The translations under genes and the position numbers were made by a program. Shown piece after piece: positions 1-12,864 of a stretch of 64,000 nt of DNA. The notes below the pieces were generated by a model that searched no databases, was not told the DNA's origin, and saw only the letters and a program-made list of their open reading frames with translations. Origin of the DNA: Octopus bimaculoides. Taxonomy: Eukaryota. Location: contig NC_068983.1 of NCBI RefSeq assembly GCF_001194135.2, forward strand, positions 79,769,752-79,833,751, given 5' to 3'. Each line of letters opens with the position of its first letter. The first letter of the stretch is position 1.

Positions 1-2939
1 GTGGCATTGAACAAAAATTAGTAGAAAAAGAGTTATGAGGCAAAATGTTTTGAAATTTCATGTCAGTAAGTAAGGGAGTAACGCTTAAGCAATAAGAATA
101 AAGAATATATTTCTAAAATGAATGTTTACTTTCTAAGGCAGCAAGCTGGCAGAAACATTAGCGCACCAGGCAAAATGCTTAATGGTATTTCATCTGTCTT
201 TACGTTTTTGTGTTCAAATTTTGCAGAGGTCGACTTTGACGTACAGATTATTTAATTAATCTATTTTAACTAAACACTTTCAAACTTCCGATACTGGTAG
301 AATGTGTCACATAGAACAGGGTTTGCTCTTAACGTTATTGATAAAATGTTATATTTTAGAAGTTATTTCGTCAGAAGTTACAGAGTGACAATGGACAAAT
401 TCATGTTTGATACGTGTCAATACATGAAACTCTCAGCTTTTGACTTACTCTCTCTATCTCTAACTTCTGCCGATGATATATATACATATTACATATACGT
501 GTAAAAAAATCTCATCACGCAATCGAACCAAATGAAAGAGGCTCTACCTGGTCACTTGACACACTGAATATAGCAGCCAAAGTATCCCCCTACCTAAATC
601 ACACGCTCATTGTATGTAATGTCCTAGATTATGAACAATAAATAGCATTGCTAATTACCAATTAACTGCATGCTAATATTTGGTTCACTATATACCTAAC
701 TGCCAGGGTGACAAGGGAGTATCTGTAACTTTGTGTGAAACAAATATCTCAAAGGGCTTACATGACAGGCTTTTTCCACTCACAAGGTATTAATCAACTC
801 GAGCCAGTGGGAAAAGACACTTGCTCAAGCTAGAAGTGAACCCAGAACCATGTTATTGCAAAGCAAATTTCTTAACCACACTACCACACCTACCCCCATT
901 CTGTTCATTATAATCTTCCACTATAGTAATATAATTGATTATAATCTTCTGCTGTAATAATTCTGTTGATTATTATCTTCTGCTATAAAAACTTACCTTA
1001 TGCCTATGTGCAATAAAATAAAAAATATCAATATCTGTATGATTTAGAAAGTATGGCTGAATTGCATTTTAAAAATGTTGTGAAGACTGGAGATAACCTG
1101 AAATTGACAGGGTGGAAAATGGTAAGACATATTTGTGACAGACAAATCAAAAGAAACTGGAGGGAGCATACAAATAATTTTAGACAAATTAATGGAAGAG
1201 AGAAGTGAAAATGATAAAGCAATGTGTTAGTTGAAAAAAAAAACTGATAAATTCTTTTGGTGAACAGGAACAACTGCAGAAAAAGTAAATTTTGAGGAAA
1301 AAAGAGGAAGGGAGGGGAAAGAAACTGCTACAGGAAGAGGAGATAGAGATCAAAGAAGACAGTTTATCTGCCAGAGTTAAAATCAAATGCAGGATATCTC
1401 CAGATTTTTTAAGGCTTTTAAAATTAAATAAAAATGCCATTATTTGATTTGACCCTAGCAATGATAACACATCAATGTGAATTTATTTTATCTTTTTATT
1501 CTTTCCTGCTAAAATGCTAACTTTCAGAGAAAAATATTCCTAATTTTCAAAGATAGTTATTAATACTCTTTTGAAAATGGTATCTTTCTTAAGTATAGAA
1601 TTCAGACAGTAAAAGAAAAGCAATTCAGTTTTGTCTGTTTTCATGCAATAGAATGTTCTTGGATTGCTGCCAGCAGTATTTTGACCAACATAAAGAGATG
1701 TATACAATGAATAATGGTTTATGTGTAAAATGGTTTTCTGATACTGTGAGCTGGAAAAGATAAAATTCAGCTTGGTGTCATTCAGGAAGAATCATTCCAT
1801 ACAAAGGAAACATGTCTCTGGGAATAAGGATTCTTGGGTTTTTATTTTTTTTTTGGTGGTGGGGATCTTGTATTCTATGGAAAATTTGTGGAATGTTAAA
1901 AATTAAACATTGGATTTATCTCTGTCTACAAGTCATCTATATGTCTACTTGGCAATCTTTATATATACATTTTAATATTCTTACTTTTAATAAACTATTT
2001 ATAACTGTGCCAACACTCTCTCTTTAAATTTGGTATGTGTGCCAATATGAAAATTAATCTAGTCTTCCATTCTACCCAAGTGAGTTTACCAATAAGAATT
2101 TCTTTACTATTTTCTCTGTATAAATATTGAAGAGCTATTCTTCATCTCTGTTTAAATATGTTCATGCTACTATAAATAACAACATAGCTTTTCCTCTACT
2201 ATATGAGTATACCAAATCAATGCTGTGCCAGTTTTGTCACCCCAAAATCACCTGAATATTTAAAGGACTGCAGAGCATTCATCTAGCAAATGCTCTTCTT
2301 GATTCAATTAGCACATGGTGCACATGCAAAATTGAAAAGGTTTGTAAGATTAACTTTTCAAATTAATTAACCTCATGTTTAAGGATGAATTTTTTTTAGA
2401 TATTTACGTCAGCATTACTGGTCAAAATGTTTGATCTTCAACTATCATCAGGCTTCTTACATAATCAGCAACAAGAATGTTGTTATCTTTAACAATAAAA
2501 AAGAAAAAAAGAAAGTTTCCCACTTTGAATCTGCTTTAATATTTTGTGCACATCCAACAATAAGAGTCTTAAAGATGATTGGATATTTAAACATTCGAAA
2601 TATATTGTAGATGTAAATACTAGTTTCTTATATACACATGAAACCTCAAATTTGGAAACTACAAATTAACACCAATACCTGATTGACAATTTATTTTAAT
2701 GAACTCTTACTGGGATTTAGTGCTTTAACTGCGAAATTAAATTTCAAGGTTATTCCAGTAATGATGTTAATTATCTACCAAAAACATAGATTTGGTATTT
2801 TCTGCAAATCATGTTACCTCTATAAAGCTGATATATTTCAAGAAAAATAATTTCAAACATAACATTTGTCAACAAATGATAGATTGGTATGTATAACAAT
2901 TTTCCAAAGTTAAGGATAATGAAATTTGGAGTGGATATT

Positions 2940-3741
2940 AAGTCTTACCTACTTGGGGTTTAACACTTACAGAGAAGGGCGGTGTGAACCACAACACTTT
3001 GCAGTATTGCTTTCTCTTGGAGGAGTTAAGGTCTGGCGTGTAACTAATTCCCTCTTTGAAACTGCTGACAGCCAGAGCTTCATTATAGAGGCAGCATTAA
3101 AATCTCTTTGCTTGAAGATAAGCTGGAGTTTCTGCTGCTGTCACCCTTTACTAGGTTCTTGAAAGCTATGGCTGGATGACAGGAACCTATGTTAGTGCAT
3201 GATAGCTTCTTGTTTGGCTTCCTAAACGGTCTATTTGCACCAAACTCCAAGTCCAGGGTCACATCAAGGAAATTCACCATTTTTAGGTGGCTTTCTACCA
3301 TGACTTTCAATCCAAGGGAGTTCATAGTGCTGGTGAGGTCATTTCTAAGCTTATCTAGTGTGTGGCCATTTGATCCTCTTGATATTGGCAGCGTGCCATC
3401 CCTGTAGAGGCCAAAGGTAGTGGAAGGGAACTTATTTCTCAGTACATCTAGGATGAAGAAACCAACGGGGTTACACATGTCAGCACTGTCAAAGGCATCC
3501 AATGCTACATCGAAGGAGTCTTCTGGGTCAGTTCGTTTGGCTCAAGCCTACCCCATTACTGAAGAGTGGGATTCTTCTGACATGCATGATAATGCATATG
3601 TTTTCGCCACTGACTTCAGTGTAGGCCCTAGCAAAGTCCAGTGCCTGAAAAAGGAGCTCCCTTGATACAGGTGGGTAAAAATCCACTATATTGAATTGGG
3701 TAAACCTGGCTCTACCCCTTCCGCTATTGGCTTTAAACTAG
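2940..3741 (-). mobile_element. Penelope-like element, reverse transcriptase + thumb + linker (decayed, inverted relative to its endonuclease)
   Basis: Minus-strand translation across frameshifts gives FTQFNIVDFYPPVSRELLFQALDFA...FDVALDAFDSADMCNPVGFFIL...GLYRDGTL...VNFLDVTLDL...RPFRKPN...VLWFTPPFSVSVKPQVGK. This matches the PLE RT motifs (FDI.DFYPS, MGS.DGAE.C.LVG, GLYRDD, NFLDVTL, WFNPP.S). Confidence 0.9.
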
Positions 3742-4250
3742 TTGAATTTACGCTATGGCATAACATCAACTTATTCTTGGATGTGCAAGGTCAGAAGCGT
3801 TTCTAACACCATTACTGATCCTCCTGATGAGGTGCTTGCTCACCTGTCCAATTTCTGCCTTATATATGAGGCAGAGGTAACAGCCATTGGACCAAATGGA
3901 CAACCAAATGTGCATAAGTACATGGGAGCAACTGAAGACCTCTTCAGAACTCACTATAACAACCACAAGTCCTCTTTCAACATCCGAGAGAGATGTAATG
4001 CCACAACCCTGGCCAAGCACATTTGGTTTTTAAAAGAAAGCACAACCGAGTACAGCATAAAGTGGAAGAACCTAGACAAATGTAAACCATATTTCAATAG
4101 CAGCAGGAAGTACAGGTTATGCTTAGCTGAATAAAGAGTGATTTTACAGAACACACAGCACCCAGGCATTTACCTGAATAACAGAAGTGAAATTTTTAAT
4201 CCTTGTACATATGAAAAGAAGTACATCCTATCATACCTGCATGCTCCATC
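3742..4250 (+). mobile_element. Penelope-like element, GIY-YIG endonuclease (decayed)
   Basis: ORFs 3742-4134 and 4138 onward read TYSWM...IYEAEV...YMGATEDLFRTHYNNHKSSF...TTLAKHIWFLKE...YSIKW...CKPY...RLCLAE*...LNNRSEIFNPC. This is the typical PLE GIY-YIG domain and C-terminus. Confidence 0.9.
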
Positions 4251-4965
4251 ATGGCTACAATCACCAGTCACCCAGCTTCGGCCCTCCACCCATACCCTGG
4301 AGTCGAGCAAAAAGTTTGACCAGAGTATAGACTAATGCACCCGCATACAAACACACACACCCCAACACAGTTTTCCATCACCCAATATAAACTCCCACAT
4401 ACATTGTACCCCTATGTACACTGCATGCACACATAACAGCTCCATGAGCTTAACCAATAAAAAAAAGAATGAAAACACACTAACAAACACAGATGTGTAT
4501 GTAACACTCCCTGCATAGGTCATACAGATAGTACCACTACACATATTCCATTTCCACAGGAACACCAACCTTAAAGACGCACACATTTCTCACAAGCACT
4601 TCAAGATAACTCTTACCTACTTGCAACATAACCACCCCAGTGGCAATGTTTTGCTACCAAGGGACATAACTTAATCCCCTACTCTTCATTTCATCTCTTT
4701 TCACAGCAACTACACAACTCAATGAATTTATTCATCTCCAACAATAGAGAGCAATCACCATATTTCATTCCATATTGACTAACTATGATGGGCATAGGGT
4801 TACATAATCAAATTATTATCTAACACTCTGTTGAATACCTAGCGCGAAACCGATTGGTAAGATCGGCCCTAATGGATATATAATACTGTACACTTCGGAT
4901 AATATACCCACTCAATTTACAGATACATAAGTGCATTTTTTTCTGACTTATTGTCCCTTAGACGA
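4251..4965 (+). mobile_element. Probable 3' UTR/pseudo-LTR of the Penelope-like element
   Basis: Follows the endonuclease stop directly, is C/A-rich, and contains a hammerhead-like half motif GAAA-CC-GATT-GG-TA at 4846-4859. The downstream boundary is inferred from the start of the (CA)n tract. Confidence 0.45.
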
Positions 4966-4966
4966 C

Positions 4967-5020
<54 letters not shown>

Positions 5021-5394
5021 GTATATGTGTGTGTGTGTGTGTGAATATATGTGTATGTATTTGTGTACATTTATATATGAATAAAACACAGAAGTGAGAT
5101 GAGAGAATATTTTGTTCACAGCTGTTTCATAACTTTTTAGTTATATCATACATGTTACATCAACATTTAACATTTATAAAACACACATATAAATATATTT
5201 ATATAAATGCATGTAAATAAGTGTGTACACACATATATACACAGGTGCTGAGAAGGATACTAATGGACCAATTCTCAGAATGATTTATTGTAATCTAAAA
5301 CATCAACTCTCTTCTATTTATGTACATTCTCTCCACCTCTATCTTTGATCCTAGACCTTGCTTCTATATCTGGAACTTCTCTAGTTTTGGTAGT

Positions 5395-5640
5395 GATTCA
5401 GTTCTAAGAGCAAGGTCATCAGAGGGGCTCCCAGGAGCAGCCTGTCTTGAATTCCTCTGTTATTGTCTGGAGGATTACAATGAACAAGAAAGGGCTGAGG
5501 ACTGATCCTTGGTGAACCCCTACTTGTACCTTGAATTCTTCATTGTACTCATTGCCAATCCTCACCTTACGGGTAGTGTCTCTGTACATGGCTTGTACAG
5601 CTGTCACTAACCACTCATCTATCCCTAGTTTTCACATTGA
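5395..5640 (-). mobile_element. RTE-clade LINE RT fragment
   Basis: AVQAMYRDTTRKVRIGNEYNEEFKVQVGVHQGSVLSPFLFIVILQTITEEFKTGCSWEPL matches the RTE RT motif GVHQGSVLSP.LF and the approach to YADD. Confidence 0.85.
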
Positions 5641-7593
5641 CCAAGGGTTTAGCAGATTGGGTACAACAACAAAACTTACTCAAAAGCATGATCATTAATG
5701 GTATTGCTAGTGCAATGCCTGCTTCAGACACCTGCATAATGTTTGATTTGTTATGAAAAGCTAACACCTAAGCAAAGAATTTATTTGAAGAGGAAAGGCT
5801 TACTTAGACATCAGCTCTTTCTGTCATGCACACACTCACACTGTCATACACACATACACACTCACTTTTTCTCTCTCTCTCTCCTTTGCTCAAATATGTT
5901 TTTTCTTACAAGAAGAAATGAGTACTGGTTCCAGTTCAGTTTATTATATCCTTTCCTTACTACATAAACGAATAGTAATAGTTTATTTTTGAGAAACTTC
6001 TGTTTCTTCTATTTAGACAAGTAATATGGATCTTGGTCTCAATTTTATTGTAAATGGTATTATATTCATTTCATATATGTGCATGTACATGCACACACGC
6101 ACACACACATGTAATTTTTGCCTTTGTTACTACTCTGTTTCATTTATTCATTTTGTGACACTGGCAATGAAAAGATATGAGAAAATCAGAGTAGTAACTA
6201 GAAAGTCTCAGCTTTAAATAAACAAATCAACTTTATGTGTATTGAATACTTTTTCCTCTAATTTTTGCATTCAGATTCATGTGTGTGTGTTCCTAAATCA
6301 GGCTCATTTCTCCTCTAGCTACATCAGTGGAACCTGAACTATTTTAGAAATAATGCAAAATTAACAGTGAAGAAAAAGAACATTCATTAAATATAATGAA
6401 ACAAGGCCAAGGCTGTTGTCAGTAAATTATCTCCAGGAAATGATACGTAGCATATGGTGTTGATAGAGAAGTATGGTAGATTATCAGATGGATTAGTTTA
6501 ACAGACAAGTGATTTAAATAAGTCCCTTGGGATTAATTAAGAAACAAAATATTAAAAAAATTTATGGCAAGAAGGATTTACGAAATTTAATAAATTCTAC
6601 TCACAATTTACAACTATATTAAGTTTTAATATTAGCTCTTGCACTAATGTGTTTTTCCTCATCACAGCATGATTTTAATTATTTGAGATTTTAGCGTTGT
6701 AAACCCATTTCAGCTATTCGAGATTTGGAGTTGTTGCATTCATCTTGTTTTAAACAGATTTAAGCATTGATCCAATGTTTACTTCCTCTCAATGGCCAAG
6801 AGAATCTTGATTAATTAAAAATTTCTTGCCTGCTGCATTGTTTGTTAGCTCATACTTTATTAGTTATAGTGGATGTAGGCATGGCCAAGGGGTTTAGAAG
6901 TTCGCTTCCCAATCATGAGGTGCCAACTCCACTTCCACTGTATAGAATCTTTGACAGGTACCAAAAATATGTGTGCAGAAAAGACTCAGTGGAAACTGTG
7001 TTGAAGCTTTGAACCCATCAAATAGATTGTATCTGTGAATCACAAGTTCAGCATTATCATATATTGTATTATACTGATTTTGCCTGAATATTACATTAAG
7101 GTTATACATGTTTGTAGCCAACCACATTTTCTAACATATGAGTCAATGTAGTACATAGTGTAAACATGTAGTGTAAATATCATCACTGTCTTTCCAAATT
7201 CTGCTGTTCTTCTCATGGAATTTTGCTCCTCTAAAGTTGTCTTGGCATATAAATCAACCAACCATTTTGGCTGTAAATTTTGCACTGAAAATTTTGATTT
7301 CAACTTCTATGCCAGAAAATATGGTTCTCCACTGCTTGTGTGTTATCTTAATGAGTAATAGCTCAGTCAACTGAAGAACTGAGTACTCATTGTGGAAATG
7401 ACAAATAGAAGATCTGCCATCATTGTTAGTTTTGAAAGACTTAGTCTTGGTTGTTTGTCTTTCATGTTGGAAGAGAAATGATGGCAGTCATAAACATTAA
7501 TAACAGATGATCATAAAGAGGAATATCTTGAACATTAATCTCAATAGTCTTAGGGGATTCTGCAAGGGTCAAAGATACAGTCTCTGTCTTTAA

Positions 7594-7816
7594 CCCTTTA
7601 GGGTTAAAATCGGTCTTATCTGGCCAAAATATTCTACATGCTTCTAATTCAGACCTGACAGATTTGATCTTTCATACCTACCATACAATGTTATTCTAAA
7701 AATAAAGAATCACATCATTAATATCTTGAAGCTACAAGATAATGCATAATTAATTCAAAACAATGTAAATAAATAAGTATTGTATAAGTATTCAAAGTAA
7801 TCTGAAAGCTAAAAGG
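7594..7816 (-). mobile_element. piggyBac-like MITE (TTAA TSD)
   Basis: TTAA|CCCTTTAG...CTAAAAGG|TTAA. It is the reverse complement of the copies at 11034 and 17501. Confidence 0.7.
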
Positions 7817-7911
7817 TTAAAACAAACCCTAAAAAAATTAATTAAAAAAGTTTAGGAATAGCATTACTATTTTCTTCCATCTACCTTTGCCCACCTGCCA
7901 TACGCATGCAT

Positions 7912-7949
<38 letters not shown>

Positions 7950-8596
7950 ACATACATTCCTAGGATGACTAGTTCATAGGAATATAATCAGCTTCTTAGA
8001 ATAGAGAACTTTGCATGGAAATTCTTAATGCCATTTTGTTTCATTTTATACATTCTTAATTCCATTTCTTTCATTTATACATTCACAATGATATATAAAC
8101 ACTAATATAGTTCACCCAATGTCACGTGTACTCTAAATTTGTATATATATTGTGTGCGTGTGCTGTGTACATTGATGAGGGTTGGCTGAAATGACTCTGT
8201 GTGTTGAATGAAACTACCTTGTGGAATTTATTTTCATCCAGCTGATAACTTTTGGTTGACTTAGCTTTCAACAGCTATGTGGCATCCAAAGACTAAAATC
8301 AGTAAAAGATAAGAAAAGGGAAGTTGCAGCCAGGCTGCAATATGATTTCGACCAATTTCTCTGAAGTAAAGCCTATGCCGCACTCAACAAAACATGGTAA
8401 TACTAATTTAATATGTATCGTTCACGTACAAAATTTTTATTTAAAAATGTAATAAAACGCCATCTGACATTTTGCAAGTATAGTGAAAAATCTCAGGAAT
8501 CTCAGCTTTGATATTGTGGTGCTTGAAGGATATCCTAAGATGGTATGGGTATATAAGTGATGCATGTTTGCACATGCACACACATACACACCCGTG

Positions 8597-8641
<45 letters not shown>

Positions 8642-8839
8642 TCACTCACTCACTCACTCACTCACTCACTCACATAGACAGCTTTACCTTATATAATCTT
8701 GCAAGGGACAAGGCAACTTCTCTCTGTCTCCCTCCCCCTCTGTCTTTCTCTCTGTCCCTCTCTCTATCTCTCTCTCTTTTTTTCTATCTATCTATCTCTA
8801 GTACTTGTGTCAGTAAAATGAACCCAGGCACTCTGCAAG

Positions 8840-9045
8840 TACTCTTTACTCTTTTCAGTCATTTGACTGCGGCCATGCTGGAGCTCCGCCTTTAGCCGAG
8901 CAAATCGACCCCAGGACTTATTCTTTGTAAGCCTAGTACTTATTCTATCGGTCTCTTTTGCCGAACCGTTAAGTTACAGGGACGTAAACACACCAGCATC
9001 GGTTGTCAAGCAAAGTTGGGGGGACAAACACAGACACACAAACAT

Positions 9046-9113
<68 letters not shown>

Positions 9114-9278
9114 GACAGGCTTCTTTCAGTTTCCGTCTACCAAATCCACTCAGAAAGCTTTGGTTGGCCCGAGGCTATAGTAGAAGACACTTGCCCAAGG
9201 TGCCATGCAGTGGGACTGAGCCCAGAATCATGTGGCTGGTAAGCAAGCTACTTACCACACAGCCACTCCTGCGCCTGT
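8840..9278 (-). mobile_element. Near full-length, young tRNA-derived SINE (octopus OR-like) with internal (TA)n
   Basis: On the minus strand: A-box-like GGCTGTGTGGTAAG, B-box-like GGGCTCAGTCCC, a CCTTGGGCAAGTGTC core, an internal microsatellite, and a tail ending CAGTCAAATGACTGAAAAG. CpGs are retained and many decayed copies occur in the window. Confidence 0.85.
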
Positions 9279-9689
9279 AGTTGACTTTTGAAGAGAAACC
9301 CAGCCATAAACTACCATGGCAAAGTGGATTGTGTAAGACATGGTCTTTTGAACCCTCTAAAAGGGCAGTAACTCCAAATAAGACTTGGCTTGAACCATAC
9401 TTAAATGGAAAAAGGAAATAAAGTGTTGGTGCTAGTGTTAGCGTCAGTTGTTGTGGCCTCTAGATTATTTGGATGTAATTGAAAAGGCCTAATTTAAATC
9501 AATTTAATTATATTGTATTTGTTGATATCCCCAACGTTAATGTTACACTGCGATATAATGGTTAATTTCAAGATAAATGAAATTATGAAAGATCAGTGGA
9601 ATTGTGTTGCTACTTACATTCAACTATATTGATCTATTTATTTGAAATGTGCCTTTTAATAGTGGTTGCTTGAAATGTGTGCATTTATA

Positions 9690-9701
9690 TGCATGTGTGC
9701 A

Positions 9702-9746
<45 letters not shown>

Positions 9747-9989
9747 CAAAGAATATATATACATGTATACACACATATATGTACATACTTACATCTACAT
9801 GTGTATATACATGCATATCAGGGTACAGGACATTAGAACAATAAACTACAGACAACGGAACGAACACATAGGAAAACGGAAAGCCCCTTGGAATATCCCT
9901 TCATCAGCTGTCTCTATTCTATCTAGACGTTTCGAAGACCAGACAGGACGTACTCTAGAATAGTCTCTTCCTGAGTAGTGGATCAACCA
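9690..9989 (-). mobile_element. Penelope-like pseudo-LTR remnant, same family as 51515-51720
   Basis: Shares about 200 bp with 51515-51720 (TGTACCC[A/T]GATATG..., TCTTCGAAACG, CAGCTGATGAAGG). It carries hammerhead half-motifs and ends at a gap. Confidence 0.5.
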
Positions 9990-10466
9990 NNNNNNNNNNN
10001 NNNNNNNNNNNNNNNNNNNNNNNNNNNNNNNNNNNNNNNNNNNNNNNNNNNNNNNNNNNNNNNNNNNNNNNNNNNNNNNNNNNNNNNNNNNNNNNNNNNN
10101 NNNNNNNNNNNNNNNNNNNNNNNNNNNNNNNNNNNNNNNNNNNNNNNNNNNNNNNNNNNNNNNNNNNNNNNNNNNNNNNNNNNNNNNNNNNNNNNNNNNN
10201 NNNNNNNNNNNNNNNNNNNNNNNNNNNNNNNNNNNNNNNNNNNNNNNNNNNNNNNNNNNNNNNNNNNNNNNNNNNNNNNNNNNNNNNNNNNNNNNNNNNN
10301 NNNNNNNNNNNNNNNNNNNNNNNNNNNNNNNNNNNNNNNNNNNNNNNNNNNNNNNNNNNNNNNNNNNNNNNNNNNNNNNNNNNNNNNNNNNNNNNNNNNN
10401 NNNNNNNNNNNNNNNNNNNNNNNNNNNNNNNNNNNNNNNNNNNNNNNNNNNNNNNNNNNNNNNNNN
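9990..10466. other. Assembly gap
   Basis: Run of N. Confidence 1.
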
Positions 10467-10703
10467 GGTGGAGGGAGGAAGTGGAACAAGGAGGAAGGGA
10501 CAGAAGGGTATAGCAGTGAAGTAGAGGCCAGGACAGAGGTATAGATAGAAAGATGGAGGAAGACAGATAGATAAATAGATAGAAAGATAGATAGATAGAT
10601 AGACAGATAGATAGATAGATAGATAGAAAGATAGTCACGTCAGAATAATAGTAGACTTACTTGTAAAATAGGACGTGTGCGTTCAATAATGTAATAATAC
10701 AAA

Positions 10704-10736
<33 letters not shown>

Positions 10737-11033
10737 TATATACACAAGCATACATACAGACACATAAATGTACATTCAGGCTCACGCACATACGGTTTGT
10801 TAGTAGGACAGCTAATCTGCTGATGGTGTATGGTTACAAAGTTTTTTGTGATCCTATGATAGGAGATAATGCAGTTAGTTTGTCCAGTGAAAGCTGGAAT
10901 TTCAATATGATGGATAAAATTGGCTGCATAATTATAGTCTTACTCAGAGCATGAATATGAAGGAAGCTCTGTAAATATGGTTCAAATCTTGGGATACGAT
11001 TTTTTTTTGTCTATCATAGGCTACATATTTTAA

Positions 11034-11254
11034 CCCTTTAGCATTCACATTACTCTGTCGAATATAATACGTATTCATTCACATTGATTTGAATTAATCA
11101 TGCATTATCTTGTAGCTTTGAAACTTCACTTATGTGATTGTGTATGTTTAGAATGACATTGTTGTATAGGTGTGAGAGGCCAGATCCAGCCAGTTTGATT
11201 ATTAAACAGGTTGTCAATTTGGTATCAGATATGGCCAGTTTAAATGCTAACACA
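11034..11254 (+). mobile_element. piggyBac-like MITE copy
   Basis: TTAA|CCCTTTAGCATT...AAATGCTAA(caca)|TTAA. The right TIR is decayed. Confidence 0.65.
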
Positions 11255-11393
11255 TTAAATATTCTACAGGCAAAACTTGTCATTAGAGATACAGGCTTGG
11301 GTGTACAGTTAAGAAGTTTGCTTCACAACTATGTGGTTTCAAGTTCAGTCCCATTGCACAGCACCTTGGGCAAGTATCTCCTATCATAATCTG

Positions 11394-11874
11394 AGAAAAG
11401 AAAAATTCTGATGTAACACCTGCAATTTTATTAGCATTCGATGGTGTTGACTAGTTCATTTGAGTTAATAGCTTAGTGAGACTGGTTCTGTGCAAGGCCT
11501 TTCTTCATTTTAAAAAGGTTCACGCACATGCATCTATTAGGTGTTGCATATTATGACTGCTCATAGCTGAAAAAAACAAAATACTCAACGAAGAATTCCA
11601 TGATGGAATGAAGGCATATGTCAAGGTGTGTGCAACACTCTCTGAACACCTGCTGCAAGAGGTACTCATCATTGCTATATGTGTGTGAAATGGTGTAGGT
11701 TTCTAGCAGGCATGAAAAGCCACATCTGTGCTGCTTTAAGAGAACAATCAAACAAGTTGCAACCCTCATATGTATAAATGTATGTATGATTGTCTATATA
11801 TAAATATGTATGTATGTATGTTTGCATGCATGTGTGTATGTGTATACACACATACACATGCACACACACATCCA
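11394..11874 (+). repeat. 481-bp direct repeat, copy 1
   Basis: Identical to 13107-13587 apart from 5 substitutions, by manual alignment. Confidence 0.95.
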
Positions 11875-12051
11875 TCTATTTCTGGAAATCTGACATATAT
11901 ACATTTATATGTATGTACCTCTGTGTTTGTGCTCCCCACAATTATCGATTTGTTTATATCCCCATAATTTAGTGGTTCAGCAAAAGGGAGTAATAGAATA
12001 GTCACTGGACTAAAGAAAATAATAGTAAATAAGTACTGTGGTTAATTTGAT

Positions 12052-12127
12052 TGACTAAATTTTTGAGCTGGTACTCCAGCATGATCACATGACTAAATTT
12101 TTGAGCTGTTACCCCAGCATGATCACA
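12052..12127 (+). repeat. 38-bp tandem duplication in SINE tail
   Basis: TGACTAAATTTTTGAGCTGGTACTCCAGCATGATCACA occurs twice with 2 mismatches. Confidence 0.9.
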
Positions 12128-12363
12128 CTCCAGTGACTGAAACAAGACAAAGGATAAAAATGTTAGTTATCTTTTTATAGCTAATTACTCTACATATTCT
12201 GATATATACTCTCAGTTATAAGCATGGAATAATATCAGTATGATGCTGGAATATTTGTTGGTTGTTGTGTGCCTAAGAAATCTGTAATCTTCACTTCACG
12301 ATATACATAGAAAAAAATTTATCTGAATTGTTTGTGCTACAGCCTTACATACATGTATATATG

Positions 12364-12864
12364 TATTAAAAAATTTTAATTTTGGTCATCGAGTTACCGA
12401 AGGTTTTGTATCCACAAAAGCCACAACTTTGTGAACAGCTTGTCAGGCTCTTTACAAAGACAAAAAGGTTAAACTTTCTACCATGCGGACTTGACAAAAT
12501 GCTCAGGTATCGAGATTTAACAGCTAACATATAAAAACCTGGCACGTTAAATAGTTGTAAAGAAGTTTTCTCTAAATGTGTCCATTTCAAGTGCTTCTCA
12601 CTGGAAAATTACTGGTTAGACTATTCCGGGTCCATAAGGGGTTTTTTTATCCTCTGGTCCAGGGCAGATAACCCATTTTCATTAGCGTTTTTATATATTA
12701 GCTGTTATATCTCAATATCTGAGTGTTTCCTCACGACGTGTGGTAGAAAGTTTAAGTTTTTTGTCTTTGTATAGAGTCTGACAAGCTGTCCACTAGGCTG
12801 TGGCTTTCGAGGATATGAAACCTTTAGTAACTTTATGACCAGAATTTAACATTTTGTTTTAATA
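12364..12864. mobile_element. Foldback/MITE with about 170-bp imperfect inverted arms
   Basis: 12370-12538 is the reverse complement of 12687-12855 (e.g. ACAGCTTGTCAG, ACAAAGACAAAAA, TTAAACTTTCTACCA, AACAGCTAA.ATATAAAAAC). No TSD is clear. Confidence 0.8.

Larger units (their letters stand above)
11289..12155 (+). mobile_element. OR-like SINE interrupted by a 481-bp duplicated segment
   Basis: The head 11289-11393 (AAGAAGTTTGCTTC...CCTTGGGCAAGT) and tail about 11900-12155 (GTGTTTGT...GTGACTGAAACAAG) align to the 8840-9278 SINE. Confidence 0.7.

Noticed and set aside
6878-7303. ORFs 6894-7127 and 7091-7303 as host exons
   Set aside because: The first overlaps a decayed SINE head on the opposite strand. 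The second has only a chance LVDLYAK resemblance to plant PPR motifs.
8840-9278. tRNA genes at A/B-box motifs
   Set aside because: All such motifs are SINE heads followed by SINE bodies. None folds as a full cloverleaf that I can support.
9955-10638. Long ORFs spanning N-runs or microsatellites (e.g. poly-CV, poly-YI, poly-TH)
   Set aside because: These are artefacts of gaps and dinucleotide repeats lacking stop codons.
11600-11650. FHDGMKAYVKV...LSE resembling BovB-type RTE RT (duplicated at about 13313)
   Set aside because: Only about 17 residues with no flanking motifs, too short to call.
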